Shown: piece by piece, positions 12,890-26,232 of the stretch
How positions within the stretch are numbered: the first letter of the stretch is position 1
Layout: each line of letters begins with the position of its first letter
DNA from: Mustelus asterias
Taxonomy: Eukaryota
Length of the DNA: 64,000 nt
Reading direction: 5' to 3'
NCBI RefSeq assembly: GCF_964213995.1
Contig: NC_135801.1
Span: forward strand, 110,794,001-110,858,000
The notes under the pieces: generated by a model
Seen by the model: the letters and a program-made list of their open reading frames with translations, nothing else
The model's database searches: none
What the model was told of the DNA's origin: nothing
Position numbers and translations under genes: made by a program

Positions 12890-14170
12890 CGCATCTCCAT
12901 TAAGGACGGTCACCTCAGCACCTCACTGTACCGCAAGCCCACGGATAACCTCATGATGCTCCACTTCTCCAGCTTCCACCCTAAACACGTTAAAGAAGCC
13001 ATCCCCTACGGACAAGCCCTCCGTATACACAGGATCTGCTCGGATGAGGAGGATCGCAACAGACACCTCCAGACGCTGAAAGATGCCCTCATAAGAACAG
13101 GATATGGCGCTCGACTCATTGATCAACAGTTCCAACGCGCCACATCGAAAAACCGCACCGACCTCCTCAGAAGACAAACACGGGACACAGTGGACAGAGT
13201 ACCCTTCGTTGTCCAGTACTTCCCCAGAGCGGAGAAGCTACGGCATCTCCTCCGGAGCCTTCAACATGTCATTGATGAAGACGAACATCTCGCCAAGGCC
13301 ATCCTCAGACCCCCACTTCTTGCCTTCAAACAACCGCACAACCTCAAACAGACCATTGTCCGCAGCAAACTACCCAGCCTTCAGGAGAACAGTGACCATG
13401 ACACCACACAACCCTGCCACAGCAACCTCTGCAAGACGTGCCGGATCATCGACACAGATGCCATCATCTCACGTGAGAACACCATCCACCAGGTACACGG
13501 TACATACTTTTGCAATTCGGCCAATGTTGTCTACCTGATACGCTGCAAGAAAGGATGTCCCGAGGCATGGTACATTGGGGAAACTATGCAGACGCTGCGA
13601 CAACGGATGAATGAACACCGCTCGACAATCACCAGGCAAGACTGTTCTCTTCCTGTTGGGGAGCACTTCAGCGGTCATGGGCATTCGGCCTCTGATATTC
13701 GGGTAAGCGTTCTCCAAGGCGGCCTTCGCGACACACGACAGCGCAGAGTCGCTGAGCAGAAACTGATAGCCAAGTTCCGCACACACGAGGACGGCCTCAA
13801 CCGGGATATTGGGTTCATGTCACACTACTTGTAACCCCCACAGTTGCCTAGACCTGCAGAGTTTCACTGGCTGTCTTGTCTGGAGACAATACACATCTTT
13901 TTAGCCTGTCTTGATGCTCTCTCCACTCACATTGTTTTGTTTCTTAAAGACTTGATTAGCTGTAAGTATTCGCATTCCAACCATTATTCATTTAAATTGA
14001 GTCTTTATATGCCCTGTTTGTGAACAGAATTCCCACTCACCTGAAGAAGGGGCTTGGAGCTCCAAAAGCTTGTGTGGTTTTTGCTACCAAATAAACCTGT
14101 TGGACTTTAACCTGGTGTTGTTAAACTTCTTACTGTGTTTACCCCAGTCCAGCGCCAGCATCTCCACATC
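12890..14170 (+). mobile_element. 5'-truncated Penelope-like retroelement (RT C-terminus, GIY-YIG endonuclease, 3' pLTR)
   Basis: ORF 12869..13834 has TSLYRKPTD...SSFHPKHVKEAIPYGQALRIHRICS and NVVYLIRC...WYIGET...LRQRMNEHR (GIY-YIG). Flanked by ATGCAGGA at 12882-12889 and 14171-14178. Confidence 0.93.
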
Positions 14171-14575
14171 ATGCAGGAGTGGGCCAGTTAGAAGAACTGC
14201 CTCAGTTTTCCAACAGAGTATTTCAGCTCCCAACTGTGTTTAAACCTTACTCTTCACCTCTATCTAACCCCAACCAGGCCTCATGTCAGCCAATATCCCC
14301 TCAGATTGTCCATGCCACCCCGATGGCCACACTGCATTCTCCATACCTCCTTGGATCATCCATGACACCCCATGCTATCTCGATGCCATCCCATGTATCC
14401 TACATAACCACTCATCCAGTATGAACTATGTACAGTCCTCAGATTCCATGTGTAGGAAAGTTTAATTTTGATAATTTACAATTAATTTGTAGTTTAGCTA
14501 TGGGCATTAGTGAAATAATCAAAGTATGTCAACCCAATATAGTTTAATGTTGAATTCTGGGACACTAGCTCATTA

Positions 14576-14790
14576 CAGGGTGCCTGGAACTCGCTGCCGG
14601 AGGTGGTAGTGGAAGCAGATACGATAGTGACATTTAAGAGGCGTCTTGACAAATACATGAATAGGATGGGAATAGAGGGATACGGTCCTCGGAAGGGTAG
14701 GGGGTTATAGTTCAGTCGGGCAGCATGGTCGGTGCAGGCTTGGAAGGCCGAAGGGTCTGTTCCTGTGCTGTAATTTTTTTTATTCTTTGT
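14576..14790 (+). mobile_element. CR1 3'-end fragment
   Basis: ggtgcctggaactcgctgccggagg...catttaagaggcgtcttgac...ggccgaagggtctgttcctgtgctgta. Confidence 0.8.
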
Positions 14791-14898
14791 ACATGATTTG
14801 GTCTCAGCATCGCACTAAAAATTGAGAAGGGAAAAAAAAATGGCCCTTGAGTGAGTATTGCAAGGCACCGAGATTAAACAATTACTGATGTGAAATCT

Positions 14899-15010
14899 TG
14901 ATGTGGAGATGCCGGCATTGGACTGGGGTGGGCACAGTAAGAAGTATCACAACACCAGGTTAAAGTCCAACAGGTTTATTTGGTATCACAAGCTTTCGGA
15001 GCGCTGCTCT
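14899..15010 (-). mobile_element. Penelope pLTR 3' fragment, truncated within the hammerhead
   Basis: Same terminus tgatgtggagatgccggc...aacaccaggttaaagtccaacaggtttatttgg as 4929 and 25920. Ends in agctttcggagcgctgctc. Confidence 0.85.
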
Positions 15011-16949
15011 AAATTCAAAGACCTATTGTGCAAGAAAAATGTTAAAACATTCTGCCTTGTGCATTAAATTGGTACAGTTTAACTTATGATGTTTAGGAAA
15101 AGTCACTTGTTTTGACAGTATGTAATCATCTTTGATTTTGTAAGTTTAAAATTAAGTTCCATAATTAGTTTCTGTAACCTTATAGTTCTTTAAAATTTTA
15201 ACATGTTTTAGTTGGATGTGTTGTGTTATTTAGCACATCAATCAACTTTCAAGCATTGATTTGATATGTATTTAATACAGACTGTGTAATTGCTCCAAGT
15301 TGATTGGTAAGTTTTGCAAAGCTATTCAGTATTTTTAATTGACTTATACCAAGCACAGGCAGATACAACTAAAACGTACTATGGCAAAGCCATTCTCTCA
15401 ACAAAAACACATTGATAAGTGCCTATTTTAATGAAGTTCTGCAGTACATACTGATATCTATAGATCAGTTAGACATTGGACTGATGAAACCATATTCCCA
15501 GACATCGCATGTTGTCCAATCTCAAACAAAAGCTAACATCAAAACCATTCTCACTTATATGTAGTCTACAGAACCAACTTTGTAATCTTCTTTATTAGTT
15601 TTAAGGTTATAAGCAACTTTGCCACTCTCTCCTTTAATTTGAAAATAAAGTAGTAACTCATTCAAAGTAACCACAGAGAGAAGTAACACCAACTTTCAAA
15701 TGACCTGTAGAAAACAGTCACACTTGATAGGGGTCTAATTTAATACCAATTGAAAGTCTGAGGCAATGAGCTTATGATATTAATTATGAGGGCATGGCAG
15801 CATATTTCCTCTATCCTGAACAAATAGACAGGAAAGGTATCTTAAAACATAATTTTATCATTGCAAGAAGTACAGTAACAAACAAACTTTAATAAGTGAG
15901 ATGGTCCCACAAGGAGTTGACACCTCAAGACAACCTGTTAGGGCACAATGTGAAATGACATCAATAGATGACTATCACCCTCAAGAAACTAATCAGAAGC
16001 TGATCACGCACCACGCAGACCAATCACAGATTGATCATGCACCCCTTAAGCCAATTAAGAAATAGCCTTGCCTCATTTAGGACGATCAGTATGTAATAAC
16101 ATAATTGATCGAACGGTGGGCTGTGGCTTGGAGAAACAACAAAAAAAGTTGCAGTGTAGGTTAAAAGCAAAATAGCGATCACAAAGAAAAGGACCGGCAG
16201 TTTTACAATTTAACAAGTACCGTCCTTGAGAATGGCAGCCATGTGACAGCAAATTTCAAACTGTTTATTTTGAATAAGTTGGGATTTCAGAAAAAAAAGT
16301 TAACAAGCAGCAGCTTTCACTGAACAAGTTGCGCAGCAAGAGCCTGCTGTCCACAGGGAAGTAGAAGATACGGGGAGAGAAAAGAGACCGAATGTCAATC
16401 TGCGCCTGAGGCTGAACCAGAAACCCAGAGAGTATGATGTTAGTGCAATTCCCACCTTGTCTTCGATAAGTATTGATCTACAACTTAAGATGTCCTGAGT
16501 TACTTCTCCAAACTGTTCCCTGTTGTTTAAAGTGTCAAATGAACAGTTAGAATTTAACTTCAAATAATACCTAGAACTTACACATACAATATTAATGGGA
16601 AATATTTTACATTCCTCAGGGAAAAAGGAACCTCTAGCTTTCTAATGAAAGCCTTCCATTATTCTGGGAAAAATAATTACATTCTGCCATGTGAAAATAA
16701 TCTGCATCAACAAACCAGAAACCATATCAAAGGCACAATCTGTTATTACAACTTATTTGAGGGGATTTTCCGTCCCTATTTTTGGGTGATAGGAACAGTA
16801 GAGATGGTGGAGAATCAAGCGGGAGACCCAAACCTCCAGTGACATTTTCTCATTCAATTGTCTTCGCCTCCCAATGACATAATGGGAATCCCGACTTTAA
16901 AAGTCAGGACCCCATTTACATATACATATCTGGCATTTACACCAAATTG

Positions 16950-17453
16950 TTTTGATTTGTCACGTGTACTAGTATGGAATGAAAAGGATTGTTTCTTGTG
17001 TGCTATACAGACAAAGCATAACGTTCATAGAGAATGAAAGGAGAGAGTGCAGAATGTAGTGTTGCAGTCATAGCTGGTGTTGAGTAAGATCAACTTAATA
17101 CGAGGTAAGTCCATTCAAAAGTCTGATGGCAGCAGGGAAGAAGCTGTTCTTGAGTCAGTTGGTATGTGACCTCAGACTTTTGTATCTTTTTCCTGACAGA
17201 AGGTGGTGGAACAGAGTACATCTGGGGTGCGTGGGGTCCGTAATTATGCTGGCTGCTTTTCCAAGGCAGCAGGAAGTGTAGACAGAGTCAATTGATGGGA
17301 GGCTGGTTTGAGTGATGGATTGGGCTACATTCACGACCTTTTGTAGTTTATTGCGGTCTTAGACAGAGCAGAAGCCATACCAAGCAGGAAGAATGCTTTT
17401 TATGGTCCATCTGTAAAAGTTAGTGAGTCATAGCAGACATGCCAAATTTCCTT
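16950..17453 (-). mobile_element. Rex1/Babar-like LINE 3' fragment
   Basis: Near-identical to 38773-39310. Confidence 0.85.
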
Positions 17454-20400
17454 TGATTGATTGTCCCAGGGTTGGACTGTCCATTCACATTGGCTTGATC
17501 ATGACAGGTCCCTTATGATGTACACCTAGCGAACAGAACCCATCAGAGTCGCCCATGTGAGTACAGTCCCAGGGTGAGGGGGTCAGGCCCAGGCGGTATC
17601 CTAGTACTGCCTCTGTCACTGCCTGGGGGCAGTACCAGAGTGGGTGAGGGGAAAGAGTTCCTTGTGGGATATGCTGGAGTCCTGGGGGGGGGGGCTGGGT
17701 TTTGCGTGTCTGTGGGAGATTTCGCTAATCACCCAGAGCCATTTAAATCGCAACAGAAAAGATGAACACATAGGCCATTTTGTAACATTTTTTTACTGCA
17801 TCACGGTGCTCTCATCATTAGAAAGCACTATAATACACTATGTAAGATTCAACTTACCTTTAAAGGCCAGATCCTGACAATGAATCACATCTAAATTCAA
17901 CTAATAGTGGCATTTGAAGGTATGAAAATACATTAACTAACCTTCCACAATGTTCCAGACTCACGAGCAGGCTTTTAATTTTCTTTGCAAACTCTCAAGC
18001 CTAGTGTGTTGTTAATGGGCTTCCAAAATTTCTCACCACCAGATGAAAATGGTGGAAACACCACAACTTTCCCACTTTCAGCCCAATTATGCCCAGGTTG
18101 AGAATGCCCTCAAATGTCCATTTGAGGCCCATAAGTGGGCAATTAATGCATTGAGAAAGGGGGGGGGGGGCATTGAGAGGGATGTCCCTTTCCCCCACCT
18201 CCTCCACAAATCCAATGCAGCAAAAGCTCTGCCACTATCACTTAACTCTGGCCTGGGTTTCTCCACAGTCCCAGGCCTTTGGTGTCGATATTTTCTGTAG
18301 CAGCCACTGCCTGGTGTTGCTGAGCAAGAGCTGCTGGTATCTGATTGGTCAGCAGCTGTAGGTGGGCAGGACTTCCCTGGGTCCTGATCCAGTGGATGGC
18401 CCACTGATGGCCTGTTAATTACCTACATCGATTTGTAATTTGCCAGACCTGCCTCAATGGAAGGTCTCTTCCCAGCTCTCAAGCTAGTGACAGAGACTCC
18501 TGTTGTCTCCATAAGGTTCCCTTCTCAGCATTTCTGACCTGCAAACAGGCCAGAGGACAATATTGTGGGATCAAAAATAGAGGAAAATTGGATTTCTTCC
18601 AAATGAAACTAAGTGTGACCTGAATCTTGCCTCCGCATCCAGATGATAGCTCAGCCACAAGAGTGGTCTTGAGTTTTTCTGTTCTGGCATCCTCTATTCA
18701 TGTAATGCTGAGTCGGAGCCCAAAGGCGAGGCCAGATTAATTTCCACCCCATAAATAAGTCTCCATGTGATGAAAAAGGATTGTCCACAGTACTATTAAT
18801 AATTGATACTTGCTTGATGTTTTTTTAGGTAAGCTGCCAGGCCTCTATTGATTTTATACTCTTTGTATTGGTAAGAACCTACTAGTTGACATCATAAATT
18901 ACTTTATTTCTATTTGCCTGAGGGAACAAAAGCAAATCAAACATTCAGCTTCTTCCAATTACTTATAACCTTACAGCTTTTTACAGGTTGATGCACTGAT
19001 CGTGGTCAAATGACACAAACGTTAGGAATTTAATTGTTGCAGCAGTGGGCCATTCATTGGCTGGAGAGCTGGCGGCAATTTCACTATGACCATTTTTGGG
19101 AGACCCATCGGAATTAAATCTCCATCAGGCAGTGGAGTGGACCTGCTGCTGACAGAGTTGACTGCTCCTGAAGGGAGCTCCTGAAGGGGATTTCTCCTGC
19201 AGGGTATACGTCCTGCCTCCGAGATCTGCAGGCTAGTCAGAGGTGGAAACTCTCCAATATCAGCAGCACCACTTGGAACAGTGGCCACTGCCAATACTTG
19301 CAGCAGGCCCAAGAATGAGGGTCATTGCTGGACCTCTGGAACACATACAGGTGGGGAGAAATCATCGGGGCTAATATGGAAGGCCCTGGTGATGGTGGAG
19401 GCATGATGTAAAGGAGAGAGATAGAGGTGTTGTCAATGGTTACCTTCCTTGTCATCGGTGGGCTCCTCCAAGAATGAGTGACTCCTGCAGGTATAGCCAC
19501 CGGGTTTACCTGGCAGTTTGTTCACTTGTCAAGCCTCCTCTGCCACCCACCCTCCCCACCACCGCTGGTTGAATACTAACATTGGCAGGATGCAGCTCTT
19601 ATGTGGCAACTCGAGGGCCTCAATCAATTGGCCTCTGGGCGGGAAGGCTGTTCTTGACCTTTCCCACCCCAGCTTCAATTGGGGCAAGTTGGAAAGCAAA
19701 TGGGCTTTCCAGCAATGAACATCAAGGTAGACCCAAGTATGGGTGCTGTCAGTCCTGGGCAGTAGCTGGACTATGAATTACCACCAGCTCTCGGGGTTTG
19801 ATTGCCTGGGATGCCCCACACTGTCAGGTAAGCACCCAATTGTATGGTAATTGTGTCAGGCCTCCAAGGGCAAAACTGGTTGGTGACAGGCCGGTCACAC
19901 ACATTAAATTCCACACATAAGATCTATTATATCTCGCATGTAAAATCCATTCATTTTTTCTGTTTTTGAGACAACATGATGACTGGGACTATTTCTGTTC
20001 CACTTGCTGTAGCAGAATGTCATAATGCAATCTCAATTACGCAGCTCTAAAATGTCCAGTAGGAGTATTCGAAAGGAAGTTTGCAGGATCATCTGGAATA
20101 TGGACTACTGCTGGCTCTCAGAACTATGAAGGTCACACATCTGTGACACAATATTGAGAGACAAAAGAAAAAATAAAGGGAGGTGTTTCCACCCCCATTT
20201 TCAGCAGGTAGGAATGGAGGAGAGGTGGAGAATCAAGTGGCAGGCCTAAAATGACTTTTAGGCTGGTGGGATTTCCCCTCTTGATTGTTCCCCGCGTCGC
20301 TATTGATGAAACAGGATTCCCATCATGCAATGACGGGTACCTCATTATAATATATTTAAATATAATTAGCGGGCCTCCCTATAGTGTCCCCTCCACCCCA

Positions 20401-20609
20401 CATAGAAAAGTCTCATCGGTGATGTAACATCACGTCGGCATGGTTTACAACAGGTTTTAAAAATGGGGAATTGGCAAACAGAACCCACTGGTGCACACAG
20501 GCAAGTACAGCCCCTGGGGGTAGTAGGTTATGCCCAAACAGTACCCTGGCACTGCCCAGTCACTGCCTCCAAAGCTGCCCCAGCACCGACCAGGAATTGC
20601 CCCCTGAAG

Positions 20610-20732
20610 AATCACACCATTCAAAGCATTAACTCTATTTCTCTACCTCCTGAAACTGCCAGACCTGTTGAGCATTTCCAGCATTCTCTGTTTTTATTTC
20701 AGATTTCCATTTACAGTATTTTGCTTTTATTC
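20610..20732 (+). mobile_element. Decayed Penelope-like 3' terminus
   Basis: ctgccagacctgttgagcatttccagcattctctgtttttatttcagatttcca...gtattttgctttta, the reverse complement of the 31617-31710 type sequence. Confidence 0.6.
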
Positions 20733-21622
20733 CCGTATATTTAATATATCTGATACAGAAACAATTTAAAATGAGTCTAAAAGCCCAAGAGGTATTTTTA
20801 TTTTATAAGGAGAAAGTTAATTACCATTCTACTGCCAAACATAATAATCACTCTTCAACTTAGTAGAGGATATGATCTTGTTGTGGCTGATGTAGTGAAA
20901 AGCATATTTGCTGTTGAAAATAGTGACTGATAAATATACAGCTATAATAATACTCCTTTCACATTTGCCATCAGGGCCATGTTCCAGAATAATGTTCTGA
21001 CTACGTCATTCTCTTCATTATAAGTCTATAGACAGAGATGCACAAAAGCTATTGCTTTGTTGAAAATTTGAGACTACATACTCCTCCGAGAACTGGCAGA
21101 TCTTCCTGAACTCGTTGAAGATCACCAAAGCCAGAGTCTTGATTCCCTCCACTGTAGTTTGCAGGAGAGATTAAAGCTCCAATTTAGACTTGAGACAAGA
21201 ATAGAGCATGAAGCTAGTGGAGTGAGTGGCAGCCTCAGCCCGATTTGCCAGCATGGAGCCTGGATCACTATAATGCCCGTGTCCCATTACTATATCCCTG
21301 TTCGGAAAAGGCAAGGAAATCATGCAGCAGCCGATGAATGCTGGGGACCCAAGAAAACCATTCTCGGTGTTCAGTTAAATGAATCAGGATGTGATCCACT
21401 AGGGATCAGTCCTCCTGGCTGACAAAGAACTTAAAAACCAATTCAAATAACTTAATTATCAGCCCACTCTCGCATAGTCCCATTATTCCGCAATGAGGCC
21501 AGAGCATTTAAATCTGGTTGGGCTGCAATTTATGGCACCAACTTTGAATATTTATGAAACCTTCAACTCTCAGCAACAAGGGCCTCACATGCCTCCGAGA
21601 CCAGGAAGCTCAAAGTACAGCC

Positions 21623-22066
21623 TTGATTTGATTTATTGTCACATGTATTGGGATACAGTGAAAAGTATTGTTTCTTACGTGCAATATAGACAAAGCATAC
21701 TGTTAAGGAAAGGAGAGAGCGCAGAATGTAGTGTTACAGTCATAAGGTGTAGAGAAAGATCAACTTAATATAATGCAAGTCCATTCAAAAGTCTGATGGC
21801 AGCAGGGAAGAAGCTGTTTTTGAGTCGTTTGGTACGTGATCTCAGACTTTTGTATCTTTTTCCCAAAGGATGATGATGGGAGAGAGTACGTCTGGGGTGC
21901 ATGGGATCCTTGATTATGCAGGCTGCTTTTCTGTGGCAGTGGGAAGTGTAGGCGGAGTCAACGGCTGGGAGGCTGGTTTGCATGATGGACTGGGCTACGT
22001 TCACAACCCCTTTGCAGTTTCTTGCAGTCTTGATCGGAGCAGGAGCCATACCAAGTTGTGATACAT
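21623..22066 (-). mobile_element. Rex1/Babar-like LINE 3' fragment
   Basis: ORF 21765..22049 has KAACIIKDPMHP...GKRYKSLRSRTKRLKNSFFPAAIRLLN. Confidence 0.88.
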
Positions 22067-25000
22067 CCGGGTGGATTGCAACACCAAGCCAGTTGGCACA
22101 GCCTCGGTTTTAAGCTCTACTTGCTCCATTCTCACCAGGTATGGAGAAGGAATTAGCCTTTAAGAGAATGGGCAATAGTGCTTTGGTAGAAGATCCCGAC
22201 AGCAAAGGAAGGTCACTTAATCATAGAAATCATGTTCTCATCCCATACAGAAACCTCTCAATTTTATTCACAACATCCATATTTAACATCAAAAGTTGGA
22301 TTCTCATTTTGAATTCAGGTAGCATCCCTCAGGATACGGTCAAAAACCAGATGGAAAAGAAAGTCTAACATGGATATGTGCTGTATGAGTGTGTTCAAAG
22401 CTGTTACGGCTGTGACTCACTCAATCCCTCAAGAAACCCTGCAGCATTTTTCCAGATGTTTAATTTACTTGATTAAAATAATTAAAGATAATCTAAGTTC
22501 ACGAATAATGCAAAAGTTCAGGTGCAAATCTTTCCAATATGTTTGGTATTGTTAAAAATACATTGTATGGTTTAAAATGTTTATAAATTCTGTCACATTT
22601 AGTACAATGACTCTTAGTGAATCATGACATTATTTTATCAATAATGTGACATGCCAATGCCATTAAATAATTTATATATTTTATTTCAAGTGTACAAAGT
22701 ATTGAGCACAATAAACCTAAATTGTATGCTTAATAAATTGTTCTGTTAATTATAGTATTTGAAATTGAATCTTTAAATGTTGTGAGCTAAAGATTTGTCA
22801 AGCGCCCCCACTCTCTTCCCACCCAAGATGTAGGCCCCTTCTTTGTCCGGCCTCCCGACGTCTGGTAAATCCTCCCACAAGCCTAAAAATTGAGGCTGTG
22901 CAGAAACAGTCCTTAATACCCTACTGAAGGGCCTCAATTGGAGTGAGAGTAAGCTTCTCATCCGAGTCTTTGCCTGTCCCAGCGTAAAATTGTTGCATGG
23001 TCTTGGTGGGTGGGAACTCAGGAGGGAATCCTGTTCCCCCAATTCCTCTATCCTGCCTAAAAACCCACTGGCGGTGTGTGAAATTCTGGTCCATGTGCAT
23101 AAACTTGGCCCAATCAGGGTCTGTGCACTGATATCACATGGTGTAGCCAGCCTACTCCTTTTAAAGTCTGTCTGTTTGTCGTTCAGAGGAGCTGCACTCA
23201 GTAGAACGTATATGTTGCTGGCTGCCTGTAGATCATAGGGCCATAAGATACAGGAACAGAATTAGGCCATTTGGCCCATCGAGTCTGCTCTGCCATTCAA
23301 TGATGGCTGATAAATTTCTCAACCCCATTCTCCCGCCTTTTCCCTGTAAACTTTGATCCCCATTACCAATCAAGAACCTTTCTATTTCTGTCTTAAATAT
23401 ACTCAATGACCTGGTCGCCACAGCCTACTGTGGCAATAAAGTCCATAGATTCACCACTCTCTGGCTGAAGAAATTCCTCCTCATCTCGGTTCTAAAAGAT
23501 CGTCCCTTTATTCTGATGCTGTGCCCTTGGATTCTAGTCTCACCTACTAATGAAAACATCTTCCCCATGTTCTTCTATCCAGGCCTTTCAGTCCTCTCTA
23601 AGTTTCCATAAGACCATAAAACATAGGAGCAGAATTAGGCCACTCGGCCCATCAAGTCTGCTCTGCCATTCAATCATGGCTGATATATTTCTCATCCCCA
23701 TTCTCCTGCCTTTTCCCCATAACCCCTGACCCCCCCTTATTAATCAAGAACCTATCTATCTCTGTCGTAAAGACACTCAATGACCTGGCCTCCACAGCCT
23801 TCTGCGACAAAGAGTTCCACAGATTCACCATTCTCTAGCTGAAGAAATTCTTCCTCATGTCTGTTCTAAAGGATCGTCCCTTTAACTTGAGGTTGTGCCC
23901 TCTGGTTCTAGTTTTTCCTACTAGTGGAAACATCCTCTCCATGTCCACTCTATCCAGGCCTCGCAGTATCCTGTATGTTTCAATAAAATCCCCCCCCCCA
24001 TCCTACTAAACACCAACGAATACAGACCCAGAGTCCTCAACCGTTCCTCATACGACAAGCTCTTCATTCCAGGGATCATTCTTGTAAACCTCCTCTGGAC
24101 CCTTTCCAAGGTCAGTACATTCTTCCTTAGATACGGGGCCCAAAACTGCACACAATACTCCAAATGGGATCTGACCAGAGCCTTATACAGCCTCAGAAGT
24201 ACATCCCTGCTCTTGTATTCTAGCCCTCTCGACATGAATGCTAACATTGCATTTGCCTTCCTAACTGCATGTTAACCTTGAGAGAATCTTGAACAAGGAC
24301 TCCCAAGTCCCTTTGTGCTGCTGATTTCCTAAACATTTCCCCATTTAGAAAATAGTCTCTGCCTCCATTCCTCCTTCTAAAATGCATAACCTCACACTTT
24401 TCCACATTGTATTCCATCTGCCACTTCTTTGCCCACTCTCCTAACCTGTCCAAGTCCTTCTGCAGCCCCCCTGCTTCCTCAATACTACCTGTCCCTCTAC
24501 ATATCTTTGTATCATCTGCAAACTTAGCAACAGTGTCTTCAGTTCCTTCCTCCAAATCGTTAATGTAAATTGTGAAAAGTTGTGGTCCCAGCACTGACCC
24601 GAGGCAGACCACTAGTCACCGGCTGCCATTCTGAAAAAGATCCCTTTATCCCCACTCTCTGCCTTCTGCCAGTCAACCAATCCTCTATCCATGCCAGGAT
24701 CCTACCCTTAACACCATGGGCACTTAACTTATTTAACAGTTTCCTATGCAGCACCTTGTCAAAGGCCTTCTGGAAATCTAAATAAATCATGTCCTGAAGC
24801 AAAGTAACTATTCAGTTCCTCTGCCATTTCTGTGTTTCCTATTACTACTTCTCCAACCTCAGTTTACAGTGCTCCAATGTCTATTTTTGCCTCTCTCTTA
24901 CCTTTTGTATATTGAAAAAACCTCTTTCTACCTTATTTTATATTACTAGCTAGCTTACACTCATATTTCATCTTCTCCCCCCTTATTGCTTTTTCAGTTG

Positions 25001-25919
25001 TCCTCTGCTTGCTTTTAAAGGCTTCCCAATCCTCTGGCTTCCCACTAATCCTCACCACTTTGTATGCTTTTTCTTTTGCTTTTATGTTGTCCTTGACTTC
25101 CCTCGTCAGCCATGGATGCCTCATCCTCCCCTTAGCACGTTTCCTCCTCCTTGGGATGAATTTCTGTTGTGCCTCAATAACCCCCAAAAACTCCTGCCAT
25201 TGCTGTTCCACTGTCTTCCCTGCTCGGCTCCCTATCCAATCAACTCTGGCCAGCTCCTCCCTCATGTCTTTGAAGTTACCTTTATTTAATTGTAATACCA
25301 TTACACCTGATTCCAGTTTCTCCCTCTCAAACTGCAGGGTAAATTCTATCATATTGTGGTCCCTGCTCCCTAAGGGTTCCTTGACCTTAAGTTCCCTAAT
25401 CAAGTCTGCCTCATTACACATTACCAAATCGAGAGTTGCCTGTTCCCTAGTAGGCTCTATCATAAGCTGCTCCAAAGAAAATCTCCAAGATGTTCCACAA
25501 ATTCCTTTTCTTGGGATCCACTACCTATTTGATTTTCTCAGTCCACCTGCATTTTGAAGTCCCCCATGATTATTGTAGTATTGCCTTTTTTATATGCATT
25601 TTTTATCTCCTGATTTATTTTCTGCCCCACATCCTGACTACTGCTAGGAGGCCTGTACATAACTCCCATCAGGGTCTTTTTGCCTTTGCAAATTCTCAAC
25701 TCTACCCACAGAGATTCTATGCCTTCTGATCCTATATCGTTTCTATTGATTTAACTTCATTCCTCACTAACAATGTAACTCTGCCCCCTTTGCCCATCTA
25801 CCTGTCCTTTCGATAGGACACATATCCTTGGATATTTAGATCCCACACAGCCAGGCGGCACTTACAACTAGCCACTCATCGTGCAGACAGAACAGCACTT
25901 ACTGGCCTCTGTTTTTATA

Positions 25920-26232
25920 ATGTGGAGATGCCGGTGTTGGACTGGGGTAGGCACAGTAAGTAGACTCACAACACCAGGTTAAAGTCCACCAGGTTTATTT
26001 GGTCGCACGAGCTTTCAGAGCACTGCCCCTTCAACAGCTGAGTGCAGGATTTGTTTCAAACAGGGCATATGTCGACACAAACTCAATTACAAGATAATGG
26101 TTGGAAGACTCGCATTCCAACCATTATCTTGTAATTGAGTTTGTGTCTATATATGCCCTGTTTGTGAAACAAATCCTGTACTCACCTGATGAAGGGGCAG
26201 TGCTCCGAAAGCTTGTGCTACCATATAAACCG
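25920..26232. mobile_element. Palindromic Penelope pLTR insertion with 12-bp TSD
   Basis: Inverted arms 25992-26106 and 26115-26231. TSD TCTGTTTTTATA at 25908-25919 and 26233-26244. Homologous to 13970-14170. Confidence 0.92.
26181..26217 (+). ncRNA. Minimal type I hammerhead ribozyme motif (canonical core)
   Basis: CUCAC CUGAUGA A GGGGC-AGU-GCUCC GAAA GC UU GUG: CUGANGA and GAAA cores, stem II, palindromic AAGCUU stem III, CAC/GUG stem I. Confidence 0.75.

Noticed and set aside
22141-22555. ATG-initiated short ORFs 22141..22368 and 22370..22555
   Set aside because: AT-rich, no recognisable motif and no convincing splice context; consistent with chance.
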